The position numbers were made by a program, and so were the translations under genes. A model generated the notes under the pieces. That model was given only the letters and a program-made list of their open reading frames with translations, ran no database searches and was not told the origin of the DNA. 64,000 nucleotides of DNA from Cyanobacteriota bacterium (lineage in GTDB: Bacteria > Cyanobacteriota > Cyanobacteriia > PCC-6307 > Cyanobiaceae), in assembly GCA_046052125.1 (NCBI GenBank), contig JBJOMY010000003.1, positions 128,001-192,000 of the forward strand, written 5' to 3'. This document shows, one piece after another, positions 9,454-18,384 of the stretch. Position 1 is the first letter of the stretch; each line of letters begins with the position of its first letter.

Positions 9454-11817
9454 TCAGCCCCGGGCGCCGCCGGACACCGTGATCAGAGAGCCCTGATCGG
9501 TGCTGCCGCTGGAACCGGTGATTTTGCTGTTGGGAGGGGGGACTTCCTGGTTGCGCTTGTTCTGCATCCCAGGCATGCCGCTCATCGGGCCCACGCGGGT
9601 GGGGTTGCGGCGGCGGGCGGAGCTGCCTTCGGTGCCGGTCACTCTCTCACCACGGTCCCAGTCGTCGCCGGTCACCTTGGTGCCCGAACCCTCGCCGGTG
9701 ACCCGGGAGATGGCACGCGGATCCTCATCCAGGCCTACGGGAGCGGCGGAGGCTGCCGCCAGGCGCTGGCTGGCGCGGCGATCGAAGCGGAACTGCTCGG
9801 TACCGGTCACTTTGCCGGTCGCCATGTCAAAAGGGCCGGTGATTCTCCCGCCTTGCTCGTAGGTGCTTCCGGTGACGGCGCCGGTGGTCTCACGCTGCAC
9901 CTGGGCGGCGCGGGCGGGGGACTGAACGCTGAACTGCTGCCAGGCGGCTTGATTCAGGGGCTGGGGGAAATCGGCATCGCGGCTGGGGGCGGTGCCACAG
10001 GCCGCAGCCTGCTGATCAGCGCCCACGTAGGGGGTACCGGTCACGTCTTCGCAGGCGCCGCGCTCGGCGCCTGTCATCACACCACCAATGCCGGGCTGGA
10101 TGCCGGTCATGCGGTTGGAATTGCGAACGGCGGTGCGCTCGCGGGTGGCGCGCACGGCCTGGGCGTTGCAGAAATCGCCTGCTTGCTCGAGGCCTGCGTA
10201 GGGGGTACCGGTGACCACCTTGCAGGTGCCGGGCTCATCGCCGGTGACCTTCGAGGAACGGCCGGTGCGGGTGCCGCTCACCACCTGGTTGCGGTTGGTG
10301 ACGCTGAAGCCCACCTTGGCGGCCTCAGCAGCGGGGCGGGTGCCACAGAAACCGTCGAACTGCTGGCTGCCGATGTACTCATCGCCCGTCACGTTGCGGC
10401 AGCTGCCGGGCTCATCGCCGGTGACGCGCTCGCTGCGGCCCACGGCGGTGCCGGTGATGCCGGTGCCGCGCAGGGTGTTGAACGCACTCACCTTGGTGGG
10501 AGCGCGACCAGCGGCGGGAGCTTCGGCGCCGAGGTATTGATCGCCAGTGAGCTGACGGCCAGAACCGGGCTCATCGCCGGTGACCTTCTCGCTACGGCCC
10601 ACCATCACACCGCTCACGGCCTGACCGCCGAGGGTCTGGCTGCGGCCGACCTTGCGCACGGAAGGGGTGGTGTTGCCGCAGTAGGCGGCGGACTGATTCG
10701 CCGAGATGTACTCGGTGCCGGTGATGGTTTTGCAGGTGCCGGGCTCATCGCCGGTGACCTTCTCGCTGCGGCCCACTTCGTTGCCGGTGACGCGGTTGCC
10801 ATGGGTGGTGGCGCTGACGCGCACCTTGGCGGGCTGAATCGGAGCCGCGGGCTGGGTGCCGCAGAAGGTTTGGAACACTTCAGCGCCGAGATATTCGGTG
10901 CCGGTGATGGTGCGGCAGGTGGCAGCTTCGTTGCCGGTGGTCTTCACCGAACGGTTGGCCTGGGTGCCGGTGATCGTTTGGCCGGAGAGGGTTTCGCTCA
11001 CGCCCACCTTCCAGGTGGCATCGGCAGCGGCGGCTTGCTTCGAGCCGTGGCGGTTGGGGCCACTGGGACGGGTGCCGCTGTTGCGTGCGGTGCCGGCGGA
11101 ACCGGTTTTGCTCTTGAGCTCACGCACTTTCTGGGAGAGCTCGCGGGCGCTCAGATCAGGATTGATCTGGCGAGCCACAGCGGCAGGACCGGTTTTGTTG
11201 GTGCTGCTTGCTGATTTGCCGCGCTTGGAGAGCGCTTCGCGGCGGGCGAGCACCAGCGCACGGCTGGGGTTGTGCTGGGCGGAAGCCTTGCGGGCGGCAG
11301 GGCGGTTGGCGCTGCTGCTGGCGCTGGAGGTGGCGCGGCTGCTCAGCGAGAGGGTCGCAGTTTCGTTGCGTGCGGTGGACTCGGGAGCGTGCTCCTGGCA
11401 CTTGCACTTGTGCTCAGCAGCGGCCTGGGCGGGCGCTGCAGCCTTGGGAGCATCCTTGGCCACGTCGGTGCGGGTGCGATCTCTCGACTGAGAGGCACGC
11501 TTGCCGCTGCGGCTTAGGGCTTCACGACGGGCGAGCACCAGGTCGCGGCTGGGGTTGCTGACACGCTTCGGGGTGCTGCTGGTACGCGCTGCAGCGGCAC
11601 TGGGTGTGCCCAGGCTGCGGGCCGGGGTCGGAGCAGGCGACGCTGCGGGCGTGGCCACGGGTGCCGAGGGAGCGGCCTGAGTGCGGCTGGGGCGTGCATC
11701 AGCTGCAGTACGCACGCGTCCACCGCTCGCGTTCATGCGGCTGGCGGCCTTTTTGCCTCCATCGGTGAGGGCCTTACGGCGCTCCAGGGCTGCTTCGCGA
11801 CTCGATTTGGTGGCCAT
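9454..11817 (-). CDS. csoS2: Carboxysome scaffold protein CsoS2
   Basis: Start reassigned to MATKSSREAAL (ATG 11817). Four N-repeats (SRxxxLxRRxAL-like), about six middle repeats with [VI]TG triplets, C-terminal LITVSGGARG. Confidence 0.93.
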   Translation of the reverse strand: MATKSSREAALERRKALTDGGKKAASRMNASGGRVRTAADARPSRTQAAPSAPVATPAASPAPTPARSLGTPSAAAARTSSTPKRVSNPSRDLVLARREALSRSGKRASQSRDRTRTDVAKDAPKAAAPAQAAAEHKCKCQEHAPESTARNETATLSLSSRATSSASSSANRPAARKASAQHNPSRALVLARREALSKRGKSASSTNKTGPAAVARQINPDLSARELSQKVRELKSKTGSAGTARNSGTRPSGPNRHGSKQAAAADATWKVGVSETLSGQTITGTQANRSVKTTGNEAATCRTITGTEYLGAEVFQTFCGTQPAAPIQPAKVRVSATTHGNRVTGNEVGRSEKVTGDEPGTCKTITGTEYISANQSAAYCGNTTPSVRKVGRSQTLGGQAVSGVMVGRSEKVTGDEPGSGRQLTGDQYLGAEAPAAGRAPTKVSAFNTLRGTGITGTAVGRSERVTGDEPGSCRNVTGDEYIGSQQFDGFCGTRPAAEAAKVGFSVTNRNQVVSGTRTGRSSKVTGDEPGTCKVVTGTPYAGLEQAGDFCNAQAVRATRERTAVRNSNRMTGIQPGIGGVMTGAERGACEDVTGTPYVGADQQAAACGTAPSRDADFPQPLNQAAWQQFSVQSPARAAQVQRETTGAVTGSTYEQGGRITGPFDMATGKVTGTEQFRFDRRASQRLAAASAAPVGLDEDPRAISRVTGEGSGTKVTGDDWDRGERVTGTEGSSARRRNPTRVGPMSGMPGMQNKRNQEVPPPNSKITGSSGSTDQGSLITVSGGARG

Positions 11818-11928
11818 GTCCGCCCGGCGTATGGAATGACTGGTGATGTGGCACTCCTGCCCTGTTGATGCACAGGCCTGCAGGGAGTTGCACAAAAGGA
11901 TCCGATCGTTGTGTCAACGATCAGCTCG

Positions 11929-11961
11929 AAAAAAGGTGTGGTCCCGGGTGCACCGGGACCA
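11929..11961 (-). terminator. Terminator-like hairpin after cbbS
   Basis: 9-bp inverted repeat TGGTCCCGG/CCGGGACCA (11939-11961), 5-nt loop, with six U residues 4 nt downstream on the minus strand. Confidence 0.6.
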
Positions 11962-11979
11962 ACAGGGTGAGGCGCTGAA

Positions 11980-12321
11980 TCAGCGGCCTTCGAACACCAC
12001 GAAGCAAGCGCCTTGGCTTTGGGTGTAGGCGTCGTAGCCCACGAGGCGCACGTGGTGGTCGGGGTAAGCGCGGTGGCAAGCTTCGAGCTCGTTCACGATC
12101 ACGCTCAGATCCTTCTCGCCGAAGAAGGGCAGTTTCCAATAGGACCAGTAGGTGGCCATGGAACGGCTGGGGTGCACGTGCTCAACGAGCGGGCTCCAAC
12201 CCTGGGCAATGATGTACGCGATCTGGTCGTAGATCTCGTCCTGGGTCATCGGCGGGAGGAAGCCGAAGGTCTCCAGGGTGGCGACTGTTTGGTAGTCACC
12301 CACGGTGCTCTTGAAAGGCAT
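11980..12321 (-). CDS. cbbS: Rubisco small subunit, form IA
   Basis: Start at MPFKSTVGDYQTVATLETFGFLP (ATG 12321); YWSYWKLPFF. Confidence 0.96.
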   Translation of the reverse strand: MPFKSTVGDYQTVATLETFGFLPPMTQDEIYDQIAYIIAQGWSPLVEHVHPSRSMATYWSYWKLPFFGEKDLSVIVNELEACHRAYPDHHVRLVGYDAYTQSQGACFVVFEGR

Positions 12322-12402
12322 GGGGTTCCTTGAGATGGATGGAATGAATACACGGGGGGAAACAACCATCAAGTTGTTTCCCGAATCCCGTTAGCGAGAG
12401 GC

Positions 12403-13815
12403 TCAGTTGACGTCGAGCTTGTCGACGGTGTCGAACTCGAACTTGATTTCCTTCCAGGTCTCGAGGGCGATGGCCAGCTCGGGGCTGTGCTTCGCGGCTT
12501 CCATAAGGATGTCGCGCCCTTCGCGCTCGATTTCGCGACCAGCGTTGCGTGCCTTGACGCAGGCTTCGAGAGCCACGCGGTTGGCAGCAGCACCAGCAGC
12601 AGAACCCCAGGGGTGACCGTGGGTACCACCACCGAACTGGAGCACGGAATCGTCGCCGAAGATGCTCACCAGCGCGGGCATGTGCCACACGTGGATACCG
12701 CCGGAGGCCACGGCGAACACGCCGCCCATGGAGCCCCAATCCTGGTCGAAGAAGTTACCGCGGCTGCGATCTTCGGGAACGAAGGATTCACGCAGCTGGT
12801 CGATGTAGCCCAGGGTGGACTGACGATCACCTTCCAGCTTGCCCACCACGGTACCGGTGTGGAGCTGGTCACCACCGGAGAGACGCAGGCACTTAGCCAG
12901 CACACGGAAGTGGATGCCGTGCTTGGGGTGACGGTCGATCACCGCGTGCATGGCGCGGTGAATGTGGAGGAGGATTCCGTTCTTACGGCACCACTTAGCA
13001 AGACCGGTGTTGGCGGTGAAGCCACCGGTGATGTAGTCGTGCATGATGATGGGCTGGCCCAGTTCTTTAGCGAACTCGGCGCGCTCATACATCTCCTCGG
13101 GGGTCGCTGCCGTGCAGTTGAGGTAGTGACCTTTCTTCTCGCCGGTTTCCTGTTCGGCGAGCTTCACAGCTTCAGCAACGAACTCGAAGCGGTTCTGCCA
13201 ACGCTGGAAGGGCTGCGAGTTGATGTTCTCGTCGTCCTTGGTGAAGTCGAGACCACCGCGGAGGCACTCGTACACCACACGGCCGTAGTTCTTACCGCTC
13301 AGGCCGAGCTTCGGCTTGATGGTGCAACCCAGTAGGGGACGGCCGTACTTGTTCATCCGGTCGCGCTCGACCTGGATGCCGTTCGGCGGACCCATGCAGG
13401 TCTTGATGAAGGCCAGCGGGAAGCGGATGTCTTCCAGGCGCAGGTGGCGCAGGGCCTTAAAGCCGAACACGTTGCCGACCAGGGAGGTCAGAACGTTGGT
13501 GATGGAGCCTTCCTCGAACAGGTCGAGGGGATAGGCGATGAATGCGTAGAAGGATTCCTTGTCGCCAGGAACGTCTTCGATGCGGTAGCAACGGCCCTTG
13601 TAGAAGTCGAGGTCGGTGAGGAGCTCGGACCACACAGTGGACCAGGTGCCGGTGGAGGATTCAGCGGCCACAGCGGCTGCCACTTCCTCGCGGGGAACGC
13701 CTTCCTGGCCGGTGCACTTAAAGCACGCGAGCAGGTCGGAATCGAGGGGAACGTAATCAGGAGTCCAATACGTGTCGCGGTACTCCTTAACCCCAGCGTC
13801 GTACTTCTTAGCCAT
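12403..13815 (-). CDS. cbbL: Rubisco large subunit, form IA
   Basis: [10 protein letters not shown] catalytic motif; [13 protein letters not shown]-terminus typical of alpha-cyanobacterial form IA. Confidence 0.98.
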   Translation of the reverse strand: MAKKYDAGVKEYRDTYWTPDYVPLDSDLLACFKCTGQEGVPREEVAAAVAAESSTGTWSTVWSELLTDLDFYKGRCYRIEDVPGDKESFYAFIAYPLDLFEEGSITNVLTSLVGNVFGFKALRHLRLEDIRFPLAFIKTCMGPPNGIQVERDRMNKYGRPLLGCTIKPKLGLSGKNYGRVVYECLRGGLDFTKDDENINSQPFQRWQNRFEFVAEAVKLAEQETGEKKGHYLNCTAATPEEMYERAEFAKELGQPIIMHDYITGGFTANTGLAKWCRKNGILLHIHRAMHAVIDRHPKHGIHFRVLAKCLRLSGGDQLHTGTVVGKLEGDRQSTLGYIDQLRESFVPEDRSRGNFFDQDWGSMGGVFAVASGGIHVWHMPALVSIFGDDSVLQFGGGTHGHPWGSAAGAAANRVALEACVKARNAGREIEREGRDILMEAAKHSPELAIALETWKEIKFEFDTVDKLDVN

Positions 13816-13886
13816 GGAGAATCTCCGGGTGGGTCGAGGGAAATAAGTCAGAGGATGGAACGGCCCTCAGGGGCGCGTTTCAGGCC

Positions 13887-14201
13887 TCAGTCCTTCGAAC
13901 CAACGAAGCCGGCGCTGCTGTTCAGAGCAGGCTCCACTTCACGGTGGGGGCGGGCAATGATGTGAGCGGCGACCAGGCCATCACCCACGCGCTCGCAGGC
14001 ATCAGCGCCGGCACGGACGGCAGCGTTCACAGCGCCGGTTTCGCCACGGACGAGAACGGTCACATAACCGCCGCCCACGAATTCACGGCCGACCAGGCGC
14101 ACTTCGGCAGCCTTGGTCATGGCGTCAGCGGCCTCGATCGCGGGGACCAGACCCCGGGTCTCGATCATGCCGAGGGCGATGCCCATGGTTTCGTTAGCCA
14201 T
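13887..14201 (-). CDS. csoS1: Major carboxysome shell hexamer CsoS1
   Basis: [20 protein letters not shown] domain; AGGAG upstream of ATG 14201. Confidence 0.95.
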   Translation of the reverse strand: MANETMGIALGMIETRGLVPAIEAADAMTKAAEVRLVGREFVGGGYVTVLVRGETGAVNAAVRAGADACERVGDGLVAAHIIARPHREVEPALNSSAGFVGSKD

Positions 14202-14239
14202 TACCTGCTCCTGGAGGAGGGGTGGAATGTTCGCCAGCA

Positions 14240-14269
14240 ACCTTGCTCGGCCGTTGATCCCCCCGTCAA
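14240..14269 (-). promoter_or_regulatory. Candidate sigma70-type promoter of the cso operon
   Basis: Minus strand TTGACG-18 nt-CAAGGT, placing a start site near 14232. The -10 match is weak. Confidence 0.4.
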
Positions 14270-14307
14270 GCCATTTGGGGCTTTGTGACCATCAACGTCT
14301 GCTCATT

Positions 14308-14332
14308 CACTGATAAGGGCAGCTCATCAGTG
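14308..14332. promoter_or_regulatory. LysR (CbbR/RbcR-type) palindrome upstream of csoS1
   Basis: CACTGATAAG-N5-CTCATCAGTG: 10-bp arms with one mismatch, containing TNA-N7-TNA. Confidence 0.5.
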
Positions 14333-14406
14333 CATCACAAAACTTTGGAGATGCTTCTGTCCGCGTCCGCCGATCTGGCCCCAAACGGTGGTGCACGCCA
14401 CCACGC

Positions 14407-14688
14407 TCAAAGGGGTTCGGCCTCCGACACGTACGCCACGCCACCGTAGTAACGCAGCAGTGGCGCCACCTTGTCCCGCAGCTTCTCCAGCACCTCGGGC
14501 TCGCAGTACACGATCACGTGGGCGTTGGCGCCCAGGCCGCTGAAGTCCATGCCTTCCGAGACCGCTCCATGGGGACCGCGGCCGGTGACGTGGCGCATCA
14601 CGGTGTAGCCAGGTGAGCCCGCCTGGTTGATCGCCTTGATCACGGCATCCAGCTCAGGCTCGCTCACCACAAAATCAACGCGTTTCAT
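14407..14688 (-). CDS. sbtB: PII-like regulator SbtB (short form without C-terminal Cys pair)
   Basis: MKRVDFVV...GYTVMRHVTGRGPHG...YYGG; directly downstream of sbtA. Confidence 0.85.
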   Translation of the reverse strand: MKRVDFVVSEPELDAVIKAINQAGSPGYTVMRHVTGRGPHGAVSEGMDFSGLGANAHVIVYCEPEVLEKLRDKVAPLLRYYGGVAYVSEAEPL

Positions 14689-14692
14689 CGGA

Positions 14693-15688
14693 TCAACCTG
14701 CAGAAGGAATCACGCGGTTCACCAGAGCCATATAGAGAGGGATCCCCACGATGATGTTGAAGGGAAAGGTGAGTCCCAACGCGGTAGAGATGTAATAACT
14801 GGGGTTCGCTTCGGGCACGGTCATCCGCATCGCTGCCGGAACGGCGATGTACGAGGCGCTGGCGCAGAGCACCACAAACAGCAGCGCATTGCCCGGCTGT
14901 AGCCCCAGGCCGCGGGCAATCAACACACCCACCAGTGCGTTGAACAGCGGCATCAACACCGAGAAGCCGATCAAGAAGGTGCCGGCGTTGCGCAGATCCC
15001 GCAGGCGCTGGGCGGCCACGATGCCCATATCCAGCAAAAAGAAGCTGAGGGCGCCGTAGAAAAGCTTGTCGGTGAACGGCAGCATCTTTTCGAGGCTGTG
15101 GGGGCTGCTCCCTGCCGTGAGGTAGCCGATCACCAGGCTTCCCACTAGCAGATACACCGAGCCATTCAGGAAGGCCTCGTGAAGCACGGCTCCCCAGCGC
15201 ATCGGGCCTCCATCGGGGCGCTTTTGGCGGGCCGCCAATTTCACCAGCAACAGGCCCACGATGATCGCCGGGGATTCCATCAGCGCTAGCGCCGCCACCA
15301 TGAAGCCGTCATGGGGCAGTTTCTGGGTTTCCAGAAAGCTTTCGGCGGTGATGAAGGTCACCGCACTGATCGAGCCGTAGGTGGCGGCGATGGCGGCGGC
15401 ATTGAAGTTGTCGAGCTTGAGGCGCAACAGCAGAAAGCTGTAGATCGGCACCGCCAGCGACATGGCAATGGCGGCGGCGATGGTGGGCAACACCGGGCCA
15501 CTCACGCCGCTGTGCTGCAGTTCCAGGCCCCCTTTGAAGCCAATCGCCAGCAATAAATAGAGCGAGAACAGCTTTGGCAATGGCGCTGGGATCTCCAGAT
15601 CCGAGCCCACCAGAACGGCGATCACCCCAAGAAAGAAAAACAGAACCGGCGGTGTGAGCAGGTTCTGCAAGACCAGGCTCGTATCCAA
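14693..15688 (-). CDS. sbtA: Sodium-dependent bicarbonate transporter SbtA
   Basis: SDLEIP, LLAIGFKGG, YGSISAVTF, MESPAIIVG, SASYIAVPAAMR, TFPFN. Probable TTG start at 15688 after GAGG; the ORF track start is 15766. Confidence 0.88.
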   Translation of the reverse strand: MDTSLVLQNLLTPPVLFFFLGVIAVLVGSDLEIPAPLPKLFSLYLLLAIGFKGGLELQHSGVSGPVLPTIAAAIAMSLAVPIYSFLLLRLKLDNFNAAAIAATYGSISAVTFITAESFLETQKLPHDGFMVAALALMESPAIIVGLLLVKLAARQKRPDGGPMRWGAVLHEAFLNGSVYLLVGSLVIGYLTAGSSPHSLEKMLPFTDKLFYGALSFFLLDMGIVAAQRLRDLRNAGTFLIGFSVLMPLFNALVGVLIARGLGLQPGNALLFVVLCASASYIAVPAAMRMTVPEANPSYYISTALGLTFPFNIIVGIPLYMALVNRVIPSAG

Positions 15689-15926
15689 GTCCGCCTCGCG
15701 GGGATCCAGCCACGCTACGCCGGGTTGTTCCATCTGTTCGCGCACGCTCACAGGCTTGGCGCGCATGGTTGATGCCCGCCGAAACCGTTCTTACGGTTGG
15801 TTGGAGGCAGGAACCCCTGGAGCTTGCTTTGGGGGGTGGAATGTTCAACCCGTCCCTGCCTCCTCAACTCACTCCCCGGCGTCTGGCTGAAGGCGACAAT
15901 GGCCCCCTTCCCCAGGCCCTTGTTTG

Positions 15927-16523
15927 ATGCGCCCCTCCGCCCCCAGGCCTGTGCTGGTGATTGCCAGCGGCAACGCCTACAAGGTGGCGGAGATCAGCGC
16001 GATGTTGGACGCCGTGGATCTTGAGGTGCGTCAGCAGCCCGATGGCCTTGAGATTGAGGAAACCGGCAGCACCTATCTGGAGAACGCGCGGCTGAAGGCC
16101 AGCGCCGTGGCCCAGCTCACCGGCCAGTGGGCTCTCGCGGATGATTCTGGGCTTGAGGTGGATGCCCTGGGCGGTGCCCCTGGCCTCTATTCGGCCCGCT
16201 ACGCCCCCACGGATCACGAGCGGATTCACCGCCTGCTGCATGAGCTGGGTCCCACGCCCTATCGCAGCGCCAGCTTCAACAGCGCCATGGTGCTGGCTGA
16301 TCCCACTGGCACTCCGGTGCTCGAGGCCCAGGGCATCTGCCGCGGCGAGATCCTCACCACCGCGGTGGGCCATGGCGGCGGCTACGACCCGATCTTCTGG
16401 GTGCGGGAAGCGGGGATGACCTACGCCCAGATGGGCCAACACCTCAAGGACAAACTGGGCTCCCGAGGGAAGGCGGCCCGCGCCCTGGCGCCAGAGCTCA
16501 AACAGTTGCTCGGCTTGGGGTGA
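15927..16523 (+). CDS. HAM1/RdgB non-canonical purine NTP pyrophosphatase
   Basis: ASGNAYK, EETGSTYLENARLKA, ADDSGLEVDALGGAPGLYSAR, GYDPIF. Confidence 0.92.
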   Translation: MRPSAPRPVLVIASGNAYKVAEISAMLDAVDLEVRQQPDGLEIEETGSTYLENARLKASAVAQLTGQWALADDSGLEVDALGGAPGLYSARYAPTDHERIHRLLHELGPTPYRSASFNSAMVLADPTGTPVLEAQGICRGEILTTAVGHGGGYDPIFWVREAGMTYAQMGQHLKDKLGSRGKAARALAPELKQLLGLG

Positions 16524-16550
16524 GGTCCTCTGGGCTAGAGCGGGGTTAGC

Positions 16551-17345
16551 TCAGCGCGCGGCGCGGCGGTTGATCTGCTCCACCGCCCGCATGGCAGCGG
16601 CGGCGGCTTCCTCCACATCCCCTTCCCATCCCGCCAGGGTGAGGCGGCCGAAGGCACCCACGGCCTTCACGTCCACCACGGTGATGTTGCTGGCTTTCTC
16701 GGCTTCGTTGGCCGCCAGCAGCACATAACCGGCGGGCTCGGTTTCGAGGATGAACATGCTCATCCCCGCCTGGATCATTGAGCCGCGGCGGTTCTGGCGG
16801 TTGATCAGCACCGCGTGGTCGGGGGTGAGGGCGCGGATGATCTCCGTCCAGGTGACGCTGCAGCGGCTGCGCTGCTCCACCTGGCTGCCGATCGCCTCGA
16901 GCACCACATCACCGGAGTGGAGCACGTTGCTCTGATCGCGGTGATAGAGCGCCAGCGAGCCAAAGGCCCGCTCCACGATCATCTGGCCGAGGCGCACGGT
17001 GCTCGCCTTCAGGGCAATGTCGGTGACCCGGTGCACCGCCATGCCGGGAGACACCTCCAGCCACAGGCAGGCATCGCCCGGGATCGGCAGGAAGCCCTGG
17101 CTCACCGTTCCCATGTAGGCCGCCAATTGCGGCTGTAGGGAATCGAGAAACACGTAGGTGCGCAGCTCGATCGATTCCACCGCGCTGGCCTGGCTCACCA
17201 GCCGCGCTTCGCTGTCGGTGGTGATCACGCAGCTGGCGGCTGAAGGATGCAGCTCATCCAGCGGGGTGCCGCTGCCGCTGAATCCCAAGTTGGTACCAGT
17301 GATCTGCACTGCAGAGGAAGCTCGCCTTGGGATCCGTTGCGGCAA
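16551..17345 (-). CDS. csoS1D: Tandem-BMC trimeric shell protein CsoS1D
   Basis: [21 protein letters not shown]...ETEPAGY...[10 protein letters not shown]. Start uncertain (TTG 17345 or GTG 17309). Confidence 0.9.
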   Translation of the reverse strand: MPQRIPRRASSAVQITGTNLGFSGSGTPLDELHPSAASCVITTDSEARLVSQASAVESIELRTYVFLDSLQPQLAAYMGTVSQGFLPIPGDACLWLEVSPGMAVHRVTDIALKASTVRLGQMIVERAFGSLALYHRDQSNVLHSGDVVLEAIGSQVEQRSRCSVTWTEIIRALTPDHAVLINRQNRRGSMIQAGMSMFILETEPAGYVLLAANEAEKASNITVVDVKAVGAFGRLTLAGWEGDVEEAAAAAMRAVEQINRRAAR

Positions 17346-17482
17346 GGCGAAGACTGCTCTTAAATGCGGCGCGATCTTACCGCTCGGCACTGAATTCATC
17401 GCTGCGCTGATTGGCGGAGTTTCGCTGGGCTTGCGCGCTGCGTTGCAGCCGGTACCGTCCGCCAATATCTGCGAGAGAGCCC

Positions 17483-17905
17483 GTGGCCGCTAAGCGTTCC
17501 GCATCCGCCGCTTCCGCCAAAACCATCCAAGAGGGCGCTGATCTCAACGCCGAGCAGACCCTCGCACTGGTGGGCATGGGCCTGATGCAGAAGATGGCCG
17601 CCAGCGGTGAGCTGCCCTGGATGTGGAACGACGCGGAGGATGGCGGCAGCTGCGATGTAGCAGCTCTGCGCCAGCGCCTAGAGCTCACCCAGCTCGCCCT
17701 GCAGACCGGCGCTCCCCTGAGCACCGCCGAAGTGACGTATCTGATGGGCGCCCGCCCCGGCAGCGCCGAGGTGGAGCGCGGCGGTTTGCGGGCCCGCCGG
17801 GTGAGCCGCAACGTGTGGAAGCTCAGCGAAGCCCGCGGCTCCGAGGGCCGCGGTGAGGTGACATCCTTCGGCAGCTTCAACGACGGCCGCCGCCGTTTCG
17901 CCTGA
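17483..17905 (+). CDS. Conserved picocyanobacterial hypothetical protein divergent from csoS1D
   Basis: GTG start; [32 protein letters not shown]...SRNVWKL; coding-like codon usage. Confidence 0.7.
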   Translation: MAAKRSASAASAKTIQEGADLNAEQTLALVGMGLMQKMAASGELPWMWNDAEDGGSCDVAALRQRLELTQLALQTGAPLSTAEVTYLMGARPGSAEVERGGLRARRVSRNVWKLSEARGSEGRGEVTSFGSFNDGRRRFA

Positions 17906-17911
17906 GCCGTC

Positions 17912-18295
17912 TCAGGGCAATTCGCCACCGGCACTGATTTCGCGATCCCAAGCGGCGATCAGCTGATCCTTCAGCGCCGCCGCCTGGGCTAGCGCCACAT
18001 CCAGCCCGCCCCACCAATTGATCAGGGCCACGGGCACTGGCATGGCGTTGCACTCCAGTTCAAACGACTGGATCGTGTCGTCGCCATCCACCAGCACGGT
18101 GATCGAAAACTCCAGCAGGCCCTGGCGCCAGGGGTGAAGGGTCACGGTGGTGACATTGCCCAGGGCGAAGCAGCCCACCTCGATTGACCACCAAGGGCCC
18201 TTGGGCTCTTTGATGGAGGTGTCGTCGGGTTGATCCACCTTGGGCCAACCGCGCTGAACCAATTGCTGCAGCAGATCATTGAGGGTCGCGCGCAT
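17912..18295 (-). CDS. Hypothetical protein
   Basis: ATG 18295 preceded by GGAGGG; 127 aa; fills the gap between neighbours. Confidence 0.55.
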   Translation of the reverse strand: MRATLNDLLQQLVQRGWPKVDQPDDTSIKEPKGPWWSIEVGCFALGNVTTVTLHPWRQGLLEFSITVLVDGDDTIQSFELECNAMPVPVALINWWGGLDVALAQAAALKDQLIAAWDREISAGGELP

Positions 18296-18384
18296 CGGCC
18301 CTCCCTCCGCAGCGGTGGTTCTGTCATGGCACTGGTGCCCTCCTGCGGGCAAGGCTTAGCCGCGGCATTCTTGGCCTAGATCCA

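Noticed and set aside
10200..10770. Repeated GGGCTCATCGCCGGTGAC units resembling an array
   Set aside because: They encode the VTGDEP middle repeats of CsoS2; no cas genes or spacer structure.
9304..11214. 636-aa plus-strand ORF and other long antisense ORFs (28918-30477, 41082-42542, 18820-20211, 43754-45082, 61009-62334)
   Set aside because: Each lies opposite a well-supported gene and has no recognisable motifs; expected shadow ORFs under high-GC codon bias.
9454..11817. Programmed -1 frameshift giving short and long CsoS2, as in Halothiobacillus
   Set aside because: The CCCAAAG-type slippery site was not seen at the middle-repeat KV junctions I checked (CCCACCAAG, CCCGCCAAG). Not an exhaustive scan.
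15783..15798. Short palindromes AACCGT-N4-ACGGTT (upstream of sbtA) and GTTCA-N3-TGAAC (38196-38208)
   Set aside because: Arms of 5-6 bp arise by chance and no second copy was seen.
18296..18384. c-di-AMP (ydaO) riboswitch upstream of the KimA-like genes (also 50940-51049)
   Set aside because: Leaders are short and I could not find the conserved ydaO sequence blocks.
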